Shown here in pieces: positions 63,361-64,000 of a DNA stretch of 64,000 nucleotides; position 1 is the stretch's first letter; each line of letters begins with the position of its first letter. The notes below the pieces were generated by a model. That model saw nothing but the letters and a program-made list of their open reading frames with translations. It did not search any database and was not told the origin of the DNA. The position numbers were made by a program, and so were the translations under genes. Source of the stretch: Podarcis tiliguerta (Eukaryota); the NCBI GenBank assembly GCA_965153285.1, contig OZ229114.1, one strand, 5' to 3'.

Positions 63361-64000
63361 GGGATTGAGAAATACGGCAAGGTGGGTTGCACGTGTAGAA
63401 CTAGCGTGGCTATGTGAGTGCCTTGCGGGTTCGCCGCCGGAGTGCTTGCTGTGACGCGCCTCCGCTCTTCTGTTTGCAGGATCTCTCACAGAAGACATGG
63501 AAGGGGGGCTGTGTGGCTTGATTTAACTTCCGTGCAGAAAATTGAATAGTCTGTAACCCTAGAAATCAGGGTGTGGGGTGATCATACCGCTTCCCACCCT
63601 CAAACTCTGTTTTGCTAAGGGGTTGGGGGACGGTGGAGTGTGAAGTATGGAGTATGGACGACCGTCAGGACCCCACTTTCTTCCCACTAAAGCCATTCAT
63701 CCCGTTTTTGTAATTTTTTTTTTTAAATATTGAAAGCTGCTTTATGGACATAAAGGCAGAGTGAAAATAGTGCTCTTATCTGCCTCAGCTTCCACTTTGT
63801 ACCTTCTGAGCTATATAAAAATGTTTATATTTTAAAACTAGTAAAAGATTGCTAGATTTTTCTGAATGTATGTGGGGAAAATGATTAAAATACTGGTATG
63901 GTTATGAAGCAAAGTCATTTAGAATAGTGCATATTGTTCATATTGTTTGTGAAATGCTCTTTTTAGTTTGTCATATTTTAAAATACAAAGTTTCTGGGTT

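Noticed and set aside
63497-63526. ATG GAA GGG as the PDCD11 start codon
   Set aside because: Frame closes after 9 codons and does not resemble the PDCD11 N-terminus.

Overview
Eukaryotic, intron-rich vertebrate DNA. The repeat content (Sauria-type SINEs, a Bov-B tail, CR1, L2, Penelope-like ends, hAT and Tc1/mariner MITEs) points to a squamate reptile, probably a lacertid lizard (inference). The window holds the conserved INA(+)-PCGF6(-)-TAF5(+)-ATP5MK(-) block, with a divergent promoter at the right edge that by synteny probably drives PDCD11. I rebuilt complete, phase-consistent GT-AG models by hand: INA (3 exons, 482 aa), PCGF6 (10 exons, 331 aa), TAF5 (11 exons, 804 aa) and ATP5MK (2 coding exons, 59 aa). 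No unknown protein-coding gene is supported. The best lead is non-coding. A Penelope-derived minimal hammerhead ribozyme lies in the sense orientation of PCGF6 intron 9. A truncated partner copy, folded into a 54-bp hairpin, lies across exon 9 in intron 8, so the two could form a split or dimeric ribozyme and RNA-pairing switch around an in-frame exon (hypothesis only). Other leads are canonical and expanded REST/RE1 sites at INA, a candidate poison micro-exon and a CTCF site in PCGF6, a hairpin-dense TAF5 3' UTR, and a MITE with perfectly co-varying arms. All gene and repeat names come from my recognition of the sequence, not from database searches.
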